From NCBI RefSeq assembly GCF_009914755.1, contig NC_060939.1: a DNA stretch of 64,000 nucleotides, one strand, 5' to 3'. How positions within the stretch are numbered: position 1 is the first letter of the stretch; each line of letters starts with the position of its first letter. Below, piece after piece: positions 12,611 to 26,111 of the stretch. Below the pieces are notes generated by a model that was not told where the DNA came from, ran no database searches, and saw only the letters and a program-made list of their open reading frames with translations. A program made the position numbers and the translations under genes. This DNA is from the human T2T-CHM13v2.0 reference genome, Homo sapiens.

Positions 12611-15600
12611 ACATCATTGTTTCTGGAGAGGAGGCATTTCCTCTTTTAGGAAACTCACATGCACACTGGAGTCCCTCTGGATTTTCATACCAAGTGCGTC
12701 CTCTTCCCCCCCCCTCCTTCTCCTCGACCCCCTCACCATCCCCACCACCCCCATGAGGCAGGGATGGTTACAATTCCTAGTTGACACTTAGTCCCTGCCT
12801 GTCCAGGGGCAGGGAGCCAATGGCAGTGTAACCGGCAGGTCTCTGGGTCTCTAGTTTTCTCCAGAGAGCACAATGACATGATGCTGACCGCACCGGCTGT
12901 GGACCGGGGCCCAGCAGTGCAGATGCTTCTGAGGCTTGTGGTTTAGTTCCAGCCAATGTCAACTTCTTTCTGTCTAACTTTAGAAATCCATGGTTGGCTT
13001 CCCTTGCATCAAAGAAGTCAAAGTATTCAACTCCAGAGGGTGTGCATTTTTAAAATGAAAACAATAACAACAAAATCAAAACAAAACCAGAAAGAGGAAA
13101 AGACAATCCAATGATCTTTTGGAGTCAGAGAGACTGTGCACAGAGAGCCCTGAGCTTCACAGAAATGCTCCATGACGGTGGTGAGCCTGAATTAAACATA
13201 TCTCCTCTGTTTTTAAAGCTAAAAAAAAATCCTAAATGACATTTAATTAGTAGACCTACTTCTTTCCTTCCCATCAAAGCCAAGTGTTTCATGCAGAGCT
13301 ACATTTCCTAAAAAGGCCCAGGGCTGGAAGCTGAGCTCCTTCACCTTGCGCATGATTCTACCCTGCAGACAGCATTCCCTCCCCAGTCCTCACGGCTGAT
13401 CTGATGAGTGTTGGTGAGAGAGCAAAGGGGGAAAAGAGTGCCCAGGGGATGTCCCCCACCCGAGGAAGAGGGGTGGCCATCAGGAAATCTGGCCAGATTC
13501 CCACTTTGTGCTTTCACTTGCTATGCCAATTTGAACAAGTGCCTGAGCTTTCTAGCCTGTTTCCTCATCTGTTAAAAGTGGGGAGTCCTGATACCTGGCC
13601 AGGCCACCTCATGGCATAAGATGTGGGCATTTTGAAAAACACTAAACCCTCTACAAAAGGATGAAATTGTTGCTAGTCAATCCCATGCCTTGAGAGGCCA
13701 GCAACAAAAACTTTCCCTTCTGATTCCAGAAGATCCTTTTCTTTTTGTTTAAGCATCGCTTCCCCTTTCTCCTGCCTTGTCCGTCTCCTTGGTTCTTCTC
13801 TTCCTTCCCCCCTTGTCCTGTGGGCACGTCATCTATCTGGTTTCCCAGCAATGGGAAGCTCAGAGAGGCGGTGTGAAGGCAATGCTGGCACTAGGGAGGT
13901 GGGGGTTCCCGAAAGGACTGAACTGGACTTGTGTAGGTGTCATAACTCGGAACCTCTATTTGTGTATCTTTTCCAGGTCATCTGGCCCTCCTCCCTCCCC
14001 TTGGACATGAGGGCTGTAAGAAAGCTTTAGTCCTTTTAGATCCAACCGGTGGCGTAACCCTCCAGGAAATTTTCCTCTGTTGGCTGCCCAAGTTGGCCAG
14101 ACAACTTATCCTCTGATTGGTGGGGTCACACATCATTCCAAGGGAATGGTTATTTTTTCTGAAGGCCATGACAGTGAAGGAGAGGGAGGAGCCTTAAAAT
14201 AAAATACACATAGACTCAGAGAAGACCAGCATGTAACACTGATGGGCTTACACAGACTTCAGGATTAATTTATAGACACTTCTGAAGTTAAAGTGACTCG
14301 TTCAGGCAGCTGAGGACAGGACAGGCCCACAGGCTTCCCAGGCACCCAATCTGCTGAGCCTTTCTTTCCATAGTTCCAGCTAATGCAGAGAAAGAAAAGC
14401 ACTGACCACAGCCCCACTGTGATTAAGCCCTAGGTGTGGGCACTCAAGACTCCTGGAATCAGAGTCCTATGTTTTTGTTTTTTAACTTCCTTTGTTTTTC
14501 CTTTTAAAATTGGCTCAAAATTGACACACAGTGAAATGCACATACGTTATCTTTGGATAAACATGCATACCATGTCAACCAAGGTATAGAACACTTCCAT
14601 TGCCTCAGAAAGTTCTTTTGTGTCCCTTCCACTCATATCCACCTCAAAGGCAACCATTCTGATTTTTATCACCAGGGCTGAGTTTTGCCTACCCTAGGTC
14701 TTCACATAAATGGAAAGCAAACTATACTTGTTCTTTTCTGTACTTTGCTTTCATGATGTCCGTGAGATTCATTCATGTTGTTCTGTGCATTGGTGATTTA
14801 TTCCAATCTCTGCTGGGTACTGTTCCAGTACATGAAGATACCACAAATTGTTTATCCAGTAGCTCTGTTCATGGACATTTTGGTTGTTTTTAGTTTTTGG
14901 CTATTGTGAATTAAACCGTAATAATGATCATTCATATACAAGTAGTTATGTAGACATATTTTCGTTTCTCCTGGATAAATACCTATTGATGGAATTGCTA
15001 GGTCACAAGTAGGCAAACGATTCAATTAATAAGAAATGTATAATTGAAGTGGTTGTACTATTTTACACTCACTGGCGGTGGATGAGGGTTCCAGTTGCTC
15101 CAGATCCTCACTAACATTTCATGTTGTCAGTCTTTATCCTGATGTGTGCGTAATAGTAGCTCATTGTAGTCTTAATTTGCATTCCCCTGATGATTAATGA
15201 TGTTGAACACTGCTTCATGTGTTTATTGGCTATTTTTATGCCCCTAGGTCACAAATACATTCTCCTAGGTTTTCTCCAAAAATTTTTATAGTTTTAGCTC
15301 TTATCATTAGGTCTATGATATGTCTAGAATTAATGTTTGTGTGTGGTGATACATAGGGCCCTAAGTTTATTTTTACCATAGATTTATCCAGTTGTTTGAT
15401 ATTTGTTGCAAAGACTTTCATTGCCCTGTTAAGTTGGTTTAGCACTTTGATTGAAAATCCATTCATGGTATATATGTGGGTCTATTTCTGGTCTTTCTAT
15501 TCTGTTCCATTACATGTCTTTCCTTATACCAATACCACACTGTCTTGATTATGTGGCTTGACTGTAAGTCCTGAAGTCAGGTGGTATAAATTTGTCTTTC

Positions 15601-16988
15601 TTTTTCAATATTGTTTGACAATTCTTTAGCTTTGTTTTTCCATATAAATTCATAATGACATGTTTCTTGTCATTTTCTACAAAAACATTTTGAGATTCTC
15701 TTTGGGATTGCTTTAATCCATAGATATATTTGGGAAGACTTGACATCTTACCAATATTGAGGTTTTCAGTTTATCAATATGGAATAGCTCCTCACTTATA
15801 AGGTCTATTTAAATGTCTTTTAGCAATATTTTGTCACTTTATGACAAATATTCTTTATATTTTGTTACATTTATTCCTAAGTATTTTGTGTTTTTAGATA
15901 TTAATGTAAAATGGCTTTAAAAATTTTAATTTTTCAATTTTTTGCTGCTAGTATATAGAAAGACAGTAGACTTTTGTATGATCTTGTATCCTGTGACCTT
16001 TAAAAATTCAGTTATTAGTTGCTTTGTTGAGTAAGTGGTTTAAATTTAAGCTTTTGTGCATAAAAAATGATACTGTCTATAAAGACAGTTTTACCTCTTT
16101 TGTTCAAATTTTAATGCCTTTTATTTCTTTATTGTTCTACTATTGCACTGTCTAGTATTTCCAGCACAGTGATGAATAAAAGTGGTAAGAATAGACATTC
16201 TTGCCTTATTTCCATCTTGGGGGGAAGCATTTAATATTTTATATTAAGTTATATTTATATAAAGTGTGAGTTTTTGACATATCCTTTATTAAACTGAGGA
16301 AATTATCTTCTCTTCCTAGTTTGATAAGATTTTTATTAGGATTGGATGTTGAATTTGCCAAATTATTTTTAGGGATCTATGGAGATGATCACATATTTTT
16401 TTTCCTTTCACATTTTTTTTTCCTTTATTTAATCAATATTGTGAATTACATTGTTTGCCTTTTCAAATGTTAAATTAACTTTACATTCCCAGGACAAACC
16501 CCACTTGGCCATGATGTATTATCTTTTTGTGTTACTAAATTCACTTTGTGAATTTTTTATTAAGACATTTTATATCTGTGTCTATGAAAGATGTTGGTAT
16601 GTACTTTTGTCTTTGTCAATTCTGGTATCAGGATTATGCTGGCCTCATAAAGTGAGCTGGGAAGTGCTCTCTCATTTTTTTTTCTTCTAAAAGCATTCTT
16701 TAATAAGATTAATATTATTCTTTCCTAAAGTATTTGATGAAATTAATGAGTGAGATCATCAGACACTGGAGTTTTCATGGTTAGAAGATTTTTACATTAA
16801 AGTCCATCTTTTTAACAGATACAGAGCTGTTCAATTTTTTTGTCTCTTTTTATGTCAGTTTTGGTGAGTTGTGCTTTTCAGATAATTTGTCCATTCTACC
16901 TACGTTATAAAATTTGATAGTATTGCTGTTCATAACATCATCTTATTATCCTTGAAGTGTTTGTAAGATCTGTAGTGATGTCACTTTT

Positions 16989-17072
16989 CTCTCTCTCCCT
17001 CTCTCTGTCTCTTTCTCCCTCTCTCTCTACATGTATATATACATACACACACACACACACACACACACGTAT
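16989..17072. repeat. Compound (CT)n-(AT)n-(AC)n microsatellite
   Basis: Directly visible. Confidence 0.9.
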
Positions 17073-17270
17073 ATATTTGCAATTTATATTTCTTTTTTCT
17101 CAACTAGTCTTACTAAAGCTTTATCAATTTTGTTCACCTTTTAAAAGAACCAGTATTTTCTTTGCTAGTTTTATCCATTGTTCTTCAATTTTCTATTCAT
17201 TATTATCATCTCTAATCTTTATTATTTCTTTCTAATTCTGGGTTTTTTTTTTCTTTTTGTAGCTTCTTAA

Positions 17271-17613
<343 letters not shown>

Positions 17614-20299
17614 AAGCATTTAAATACATAGTTCAAGCACTACTTTAGCTATATCCCACAAGTCTTGATATGCTGCATTTTCATTTTTGTTCTGTTTAAA
17701 ATATTTTCTAATTTTTCTTACAATTGCTTTTTTATGCAAAAATGTGTTGTTAATCTCCAAATATTTGGGAGTTTTCTAAATATATAAATATCTTATTGCC
17801 ATTGATTTCTTATTTCATTCCATTCTAGTCAGAGGACATACTATATATGATGTCAATCCTTTCAAATGTATTGATATGCATCTTTTGGGCCAGCACTTGG
17901 TCTGTTTTATTGATTGCTTCTTTGTACCTGAAAAGAATATGTACTCTGCAGGTGTGGGGTATAGTGATTCATAAATATCAGTAAGTTCAAGGCTGTTGGT
18001 ACTGTTATTTAAATCTTTTTATGCTTACTGATTATTTTTTGTGGGGAGGTGCTGGTGGTTTTAACATGTTATGAGAGAAGAATATTAATGTCTCCAACTA
18101 CGGTTGTTCACTTTTCTAGCTCTGCCTTTAGTTCTCTATGTTTTTCTTCACATATTTTTAAACTCTATTATTATATGTATCACATTACAATTACAATTTC
18201 TATGTCTTTCTAATGAATTACCCCCTATATCATTGTGAAATGATAATTCTTCTTGTCTTAATGCCAGTCAAGCTGTCTTCTGCTAATGTGTCTTTTTTAA
18301 TACTTCTACTTTTATTGATCTGTGTCTTCGTATTTAGAGTTTGTCCACATATTTTCCACTTCCAATGATCTCCATTTCTTTTTGCAGATTTGAGTTTTCT
18401 TTTCTTTCATCCTGAAGAACTTCTGCTGGTAACACATTCTCTCAGCCTTTACTTATTTGAAACTGCCTTTATTTTGTCCTCACTTTTGAATACTATTTTC
18501 ACTTGATACAGAGTACTGAGTACATCAGTATTTTCTTTCAGTATTTTAAAGATGCCATTTCATTTTTAGTGCTTTAAATTGTCATTCTGTTGTATTTAAA
18601 AGGCATTACTATTATAGTTTCTCTTGAGTATGTGATATGTCTTCTTTCTTATGACTGTTTTCAATGTATCTCTTGATTTTTGGTTTTCAGCAGATTCACT
18701 ATGATGTGCCTAGGTATAGTTATTTCTTCATATTTATTTTACTTGGGATTCACTGACCTTCTTGCATCTGTAGTTTGATGTTTTTCACCAAGTCGAAAGA
18801 TTTTCAGCCATTATTTTTTCATAATTTTTTCTATCCCTTTTTTCCCTGTGTTTTTCAGATTGAATTTCTATCGATATGTCATCAAGTCACTGAATCTTTC
18901 TTCCGTAATTTCCAATCTGCTATTAAATCCATCCAGTGAATTTTTTATTTCAATTATTCTTTTCAGTTTTAATAGATTCATTTTGTTATTTTTTTATTTC
19001 TCTTCTGAGATTCCCTATCCACTCATTGTGACCATACTTTCCTTAATTTTCTTGAACAAACTTAAAATAGATGCTTTAAAATTATCATCTGTTAGTTCCA
19101 ACATGTGAGACATCTTGGTATCTTTTTCTATGGACTGTTTTTCCTCTTTGTCTTAAACCACATTTTCTTTTTCTTGTAATGTCTAGTAATTCTTTTAAAT
19201 GTATACTGGACATCGTGGGTGATACGTCGTAAAGACTTTATATTCTGCCATCTTCTTTTGAATTTTTGTCCTGGAAGGCAGTTAAGTTGCTGGATGGTTG
19301 CTTTGAACTCATGGAGGCTTAACTTTTCACTTGTTTATACAGCATGTAATATTTGGTTTACCTTAGTTTTAGGGTGAATTCCTTGGTTCTGGAATATAAA
19401 TTTTGTTCTGCTAACTTGGTAGAAATAAAACTGCGGATTTTATCTCTGCAGCTGCAGGTGAGCCACAGCTGAACTCTCTGCTCAGCTTTATGGACTTCTA
19501 GCTGATGTTTCTGCTGGGCTTCTTGATGTCATTCCCATGCGGGCACAGTTCAGGGGTCAGTCAATAATTTGTGGGTCATTTATATGCAGATTTTGAGGCT
19601 TCTTCCTCAGAGGTTCTTTTTCAGGATGTCTCCCCTTTATTCCAGGTTCTTCTGGCGCCCTTGAGCTCCAACCTCTGATACCCAAAGTCAGAAAGACCAC
19701 AGTTTTCTACTTGAGTTCTAGTTACCCCATGCCATGAAAACAGGGGCACTGTGCGCTCAGGGGAAAAGCCAATTAAACATGAATTTCACCCAGTAAGGTT
19801 ATTTTCTTAAGCTCACTCTAGTTTCTGCCTCATTTTGGCAGCTCTCTAATGCTTTTGAGTGTTTGTTTTTAATACTTTTTTTCATGCATTAAAACTGTTT
19901 TTTATGGGATAATCTAATAGAAGCTATTCTGACACTACCAGCATAGGAACTTAGCCACTTCACTATCAAAGTTTTGGAAAAGTGATGCCCAGAGGGAAAC
20001 AGTGACCTGCCCAATATCACATAGTAGTTATCAGCTGAGCCAAGTCTTGAAACCAGGTTTCTTTGCTACTCTTGTTGTATCTTGCTGCTAGGCGACCTTT
20101 AATGCTTTAGAAAGGGCTACTGAATAAGATTCACATAGCGTCAGGAATCCTTATCATAAGTATGTGGAGGAAGTCAAAAAGGAACATGAGAAATTTCGAT
20201 GTCTAGTAGTTTTAGATCATTCAGAGCCATCAGGGAGCCAGGTAGTAGGTTACAGAGACAGAGGTTCAGCCTGTGGGCACTAAAAGGGACCAGAAATTC

Positions 20300-20720
20300 C
20301 ACAGTGCCATGGCTTTAAGTACCACCAAGAGGCTGGTATCTGCCCAGTTTTATATCTGTACTCCAGACCCCCAGGTACCTTAGACTCAATCCATTCAGAA
20401 CTAAACCATCCCGGTTTTCCCCATCCATGATGCATCTTCTCCTATGCTCCCCAGCTCTGATCAAGGTCTTACCATGAATCTACCTGGTTGTCCAAACTAG
20501 AATCTGAGAGCTCGTTCTTGACTCCTCCCTGGTTCGTTGTAGAGATTGACACAGATTCCACATCCTAAAAAGCTCCATCTCTTCCTTTCCATCTCTCTGG
20601 GCCCTGCTTTTATTCAGGGTTTCTTTCCTACTCCCTGGTTTATCATGATATGTCCCACGTCTGGTTAACTCCTACACACACCCCTGTCCAAAATTCCTCT
20701 ATTGCCAGATGCAGATGTGT
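20300..20720 (+). mobile_element. L2 LINE fragment
   Basis: 'cccagttttatatctgtactccagacc...ggtaccttagactcaat...aaactagaatctgagagc...ttcttgactcctccct' resemble L2 internal motifs. Confidence 0.55.
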
Positions 20721-22877
20721 TGCTCCCTGATCTCTCACAGTCTACTGGGGAAAACAGGCAGATTAACATCTGGCTATAATACATAATGATAAGCCCTAAT
20801 AGAAACTGTGAACTTAGACGGCATCAAATCCCCTGCATGGGGAACCCTCCTCTCTGCCTACAGGGGAATTCTGAGCAAACATCAAAGGGAGAGGAGTTTT
20901 CTCAATTACTCCTGGGCTCTACCCCACCTTGACCAGACACCCCACCTACGCTAAGTCAGGGCGCCTAAAATTGAACATTTTAGCTTCAAGGCGGGTGGGG
21001 AGAGAAGAGAAGCTTACATTTCAGACACAAAGAGAATAAAGAACAAAAGAAGCAATCGGGTATTTAAATATTTGTATTAATTACCACCTAAAATCAGTTT
21101 CCTAAAAATAAAGGTAAAAATTCTTCCTGACCATCCTCTCCAAGTGTCTCATTCTAAAAGTGAGAGTAAGACTGACTTCCTGTTTTTAAAACTTCAGAAA
21201 GTGGAAAAGGCAGAAGCAAGACGTTGAACAAGACATAGAGCTGCTCAGCACCTTCATTTCCTCCTCCTTAAGGAAGAAGGTGATCATAATCTTCCCAGGC
21301 AGCTCATAAGGCTACTGCTTATTTCAAATAAGACAGCAAACGCCAAGGCCCTTTGAGAAATTCAAGATGCGATGACAAGAGGAATTATTATACCAGACAC
21401 CTTTATGTTCCTTTTGCCTTCTCCGAATCTGTTGCGTCACCCCTCCAAGACTGATTGATATTCCAAAGACACAAAATAACTTAAACAATTCAGAGAGAGG
21501 CAGATCTGGAAGGTGGAAGTCTTCAATATTTCCAGGAGACAATGGGAGCCATGAATAATTCTAGGAGACAAGAAGACCATACAGAAATCCTCCTACTTGG
21601 TTTCAGTGTCCTTGATAACAAATGCCAAGACAGGCTATGAGATCTGGGAGAGTGGAGACCTGTGTTCTCACCTGATTTAAGGTCAGCATCCCTGGAAAGG
21701 ATCACACACCCAGATGAGAGGGGAGCATCCTGCTCTACTGCCTCCCTGCTGCACCATGTTGGGCACGTCACGTCACTGCTCTGAGCCTCAGTTTCTGACC
21801 CCCCTCCCTCCTTCCCACTTTCCCATAGTTGTTGGGAGGGCAAGAGGAGATCAGGGATGTGGAAGCTCTTTGCAAACTATAAAAGGCTTCATACATTTAC
21901 ATTGTTGTCATCACTATCTGCGTGACTTGTGCTTTGGTGGAATAAGTCCATCTGTGCAAGGCAGGCCTTTGAAGGTATTCTAAGCCCTGCAGGCCTCCAG
22001 CGGCCCTCAACGTAAGCCAGTGGTGGAGTATGGTTTTTATCAGGAAGGCTGGCGGGAGACCAGACGCCACATAGCCTGCAGAACCTCAGGATACAGGCCG
22101 GCCCCGCCAGGGCTACTTGACCCCAAACCATCCCAGGGTCCTGCTCTGGCCTTTGCAGTCCCCAGTTTCCATGTGGTACTAGGTCTTGGCGTGGTGTGGA
22201 GAAGGAGGTGTTCTCTTTCTCTCTGTTGCAAAGGAATATTAGGAAATGCATCCGGATTTAGATTCCCAAATGGAACTCCAAGCTGTCCCCTTAATTGATT
22301 TCTTTTGCTTCCCTCAAGTCCTCAAAAACGTGTCGACATCCATTTGGAGTTGCCATCCACCAGGCGCACACTGGCCAACTTTCTTCAATTAATGAGCTGT
22401 GACTGAAATTGAGAGCCTCACTTTCCACAGCCACGGCAGGAGATTGACCCTGCCTTGGCGATTAAACAAAATGTCAGTGCTGTGTCTGTGAAATATAAGT
22501 TATTAAAAACTGGCCACTCCAGCTAGCTCGGGCAGCACATTATCACTGATGACTATTGTCTTGGCTGTGGCTGGACATCCCCCGACACTCACCTCCAAAT
22601 TTGGCCTGTTTGCTGCTTGTGCCTTTGCTCAAGTCAGTCCCCCTGCCCTGCACGCCCTCTCTATAGCTATGTGCTTGTCAAAACACAGCCAGCCTTCAGG
22701 ACCCAGTTATTTGGATTTTTTATTCATTCAGTAAACATGTGTTGAATGTTCACTGTGCACCAGACTCTTGTCATTTATTCATTTCTATAAAAATGTATTA
22801 AATGAACAAGACAAACACCACCTTTATCCTCACAGAGCTCGGAGACTTGGAGGGACACATTTTGAAAGATGACTCTT

Positions 22878-23169
<292 letters not shown>

Positions 23170-23269
23170 TTTACTCTAAGGTGGCACAGTGGATTTAGGG
23201 CAGTGACAGATATGTATGAGTGCTATGGGGTACTGGGAAGGGGCACTGACTTCTGGAGAAAGTGCTATA

Positions 23270-23465
23270 TTTTTTAAACATTTTTGTAATTAAAAATTTC
23301 AAATATTTATTTGGAACTGTTTGACGAACCCCTCAGTGCCCACCACCCAGCTTTAGCATCATCGATCATCTCACAGCCAGCCTTTTATCTCTAATCCTAT
23401 CTGCCTCCCCACACTCTTGTGTTATTTTGAAGCAAATCCCAGACATCATGTTATTGTCTCCATGA
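23270..23465 (-). mobile_element. L1MC/L1ME 3' end fragment
   Basis: 'aaaaatttcaaat...cccaccacccagctt...ttattttgaagcaaatcccagacatcat'. Confidence 0.6.
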
Positions 23466-23554
23466 GTCCACACCCCTTCTAATCTGTACTGCTCAGTGGC
23501 TTTAGGCCAGCTTTATGTCAATAAGGGAGCCACCAAAGTGTCCAAGGAGCACTG

Positions 23555-23775
23555 ACCAGCCTTGGCGTCAGACAAATCTGAGTTCAAATCCTATTTCCCA
23601 CACCTGCAAAGCTGCTGACTGTGCAAACGACTTACCTACTCTGGGCCTTGCATTCCTCATGTACAAAATAGGGATACCATTTCTGAGTTTCTAGAGTTGT
23701 TCTGATAATTAAATGATGTAAAGTATATAAAGTGCCCAGCATGGCACCTGGCCCTGAATTGGTGCTCCATAAATA
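23555..23775 (+). mobile_element. MIR SINE
   Basis: 'gtcagacaaatctgagttcaaatcct...ctcatgtacaaaataggga...aaagtgcccagcatggcacctggc'. Confidence 0.8.
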
Positions 23776-23786
23776 TTCCCTCCCTT

Positions 23787-23984
23787 ACATCACACACCGG
23801 GGCCTGTTGTGGGGTGGGGGGAGGGGGGAGGGATAGCATTAGGAGATACACTTAATGTAAATGACGAGTTAATGGGTGCAGCACACCAACATGGTGCATG
23901 TATACATATGTAACAAACCTGCACGTTGTGCACATGTACCCTAGAACTTGAAGTATAATTAAAAAATAAATTAATTAAAAAAAT
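23787..23984 (+). mobile_element. 5'-truncated L1PA (L1PA4/5-like), 3' UTR only
   Basis: acatcacacaccggggcctgttgtggggtggggggagggggg...taatgtaaatgacgagttaatgggtgcagcacaccaacatgg...A-rich tail; perfect 14-bp TSD atattccctccctt at 23773-23786 and 23985-23998. Confidence 0.95.
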
Positions 23985-24126
23985 ATATTCCCTCCCTTGT
24001 CTTGCTGTGTCCTGGGTCACTGTGAGAGTACCGTGAAGCAGCTGAGTATGTTTGACTGATATTTCACTTCGGACATGCTAAGATGTGACTGGACATTCCC
24101 AGAGGTCAGACTCCTGACCACAGTAT

Positions 24127-24303
24127 AGGCCCAGCCCAGACAGCTATTACAGTAAGACTTCTTTAATGTCAGCCTCTCTCACCTACTCTTTACATAGTGT
24201 GGACTACTCTTTAAGCAGACCACTGGTCCACACTATGTAAAGAGTAGGTGAGAGAGACTGACATTAAAGAAGTCTTACTGTAATAGCTGTCTGGGCTGGG
24301 CCT
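24127..24303. repeat. Long near-perfect inverted repeat (78-bp arms, 21-nt spacer, 1 mismatch)
   Basis: 24127-24204 is the reverse complement of 24226-24303 except C24173 opposite A24257. Confidence 0.97.
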
Positions 24304-25214
24304 GAACCACCGTCACGTGAGTTCACTGCAGAGAGATGTTGCTTAAGTTTTGCAAAGTTCAAGTCGTGACATTGGCCATTCCTTTCACACTTCACAGTGC
24401 TTTGGGAAGAAGGGAGACTCTAGGCAAGGGAGAATGTGTGCACCTAAACTGAGCACTTGCAAGCTTGCTTTTCAAAGGCTCGACCTGCTTCTGGCTGCTG
24501 CGAGCACCAGCCTCCTCTCTACTCTGGGTGGCAGCTGGTGATAAAGCCCCAATAACTCAGACAAATGTGGTTGACGCCAGAGAGGAGTCAAGGGCCTGGC
24601 TGCAACGTCTGGGGCCAGCTTGGTCTTGGACCTCGCTGTATGTTTACAAGTTTCCTTTGACAATTCAGTTTTGAAGATGGGCTTCATTAAAGGGCAATTA
24701 TAGGTTAAGTAACTTGTTGGCTCATTGCCTAATGTGGAAAACTCGACTATGACAATCAGATAATTCTGAGATTAAGCAAGACAGCAATTGCTACTGAAAG
24801 AAGAAGCTTAGCAAGAGGATAAAAGACTCTCCAGCCATGACCTCATCCCAGCTGCCCGTCTGGGCAGGAAGTCTGGATTCAAGGGGCCAGCAGGCTCTGG
24901 GAACCTCTGGCATCGGGGGTGACCTCTTCTGGGAAAGGAGACCACAAAAGGCAAAGTGCTCTCCCATTGAGTGGCAAGATTCCCCTCTTCCTATAGGGCT
25001 TAATTCTCCCAGAGGCCTTCTCCTGGGTGCCAGGAGTGAGCCAAGCTGGTCTGTGCTGTGGCCTCTGTTTGTACCCGGCTGTTTTCCATCAGCCCACCCT
25101 TGCTAATACCTCCACTTTCCCTCTCCTTCCACATCTCTGACCATCCATGAAGCTTCCCTAATGCAGAAGGGGTGAATTACCTCAATATTCCTTGAGAACT
25201 TGGTGTCAGATAGG

Positions 25215-26111
<897 letters not shown>

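Noticed and set aside
22350-22375. CTCF-like motif catccaccaggcgcac
   Set aside because: Lacks the G-rich 3' half (GGGGC) of the core consensus; too weak to call
24127-24303. Assigning the hairpin to a named miRNA or a palindromic MITE (MADE1, MER5, MER81)
   Set aside because: I recognise no mature miRNA sequence, no known terminal inverted repeat and no TSD; left unnamed pending a database search
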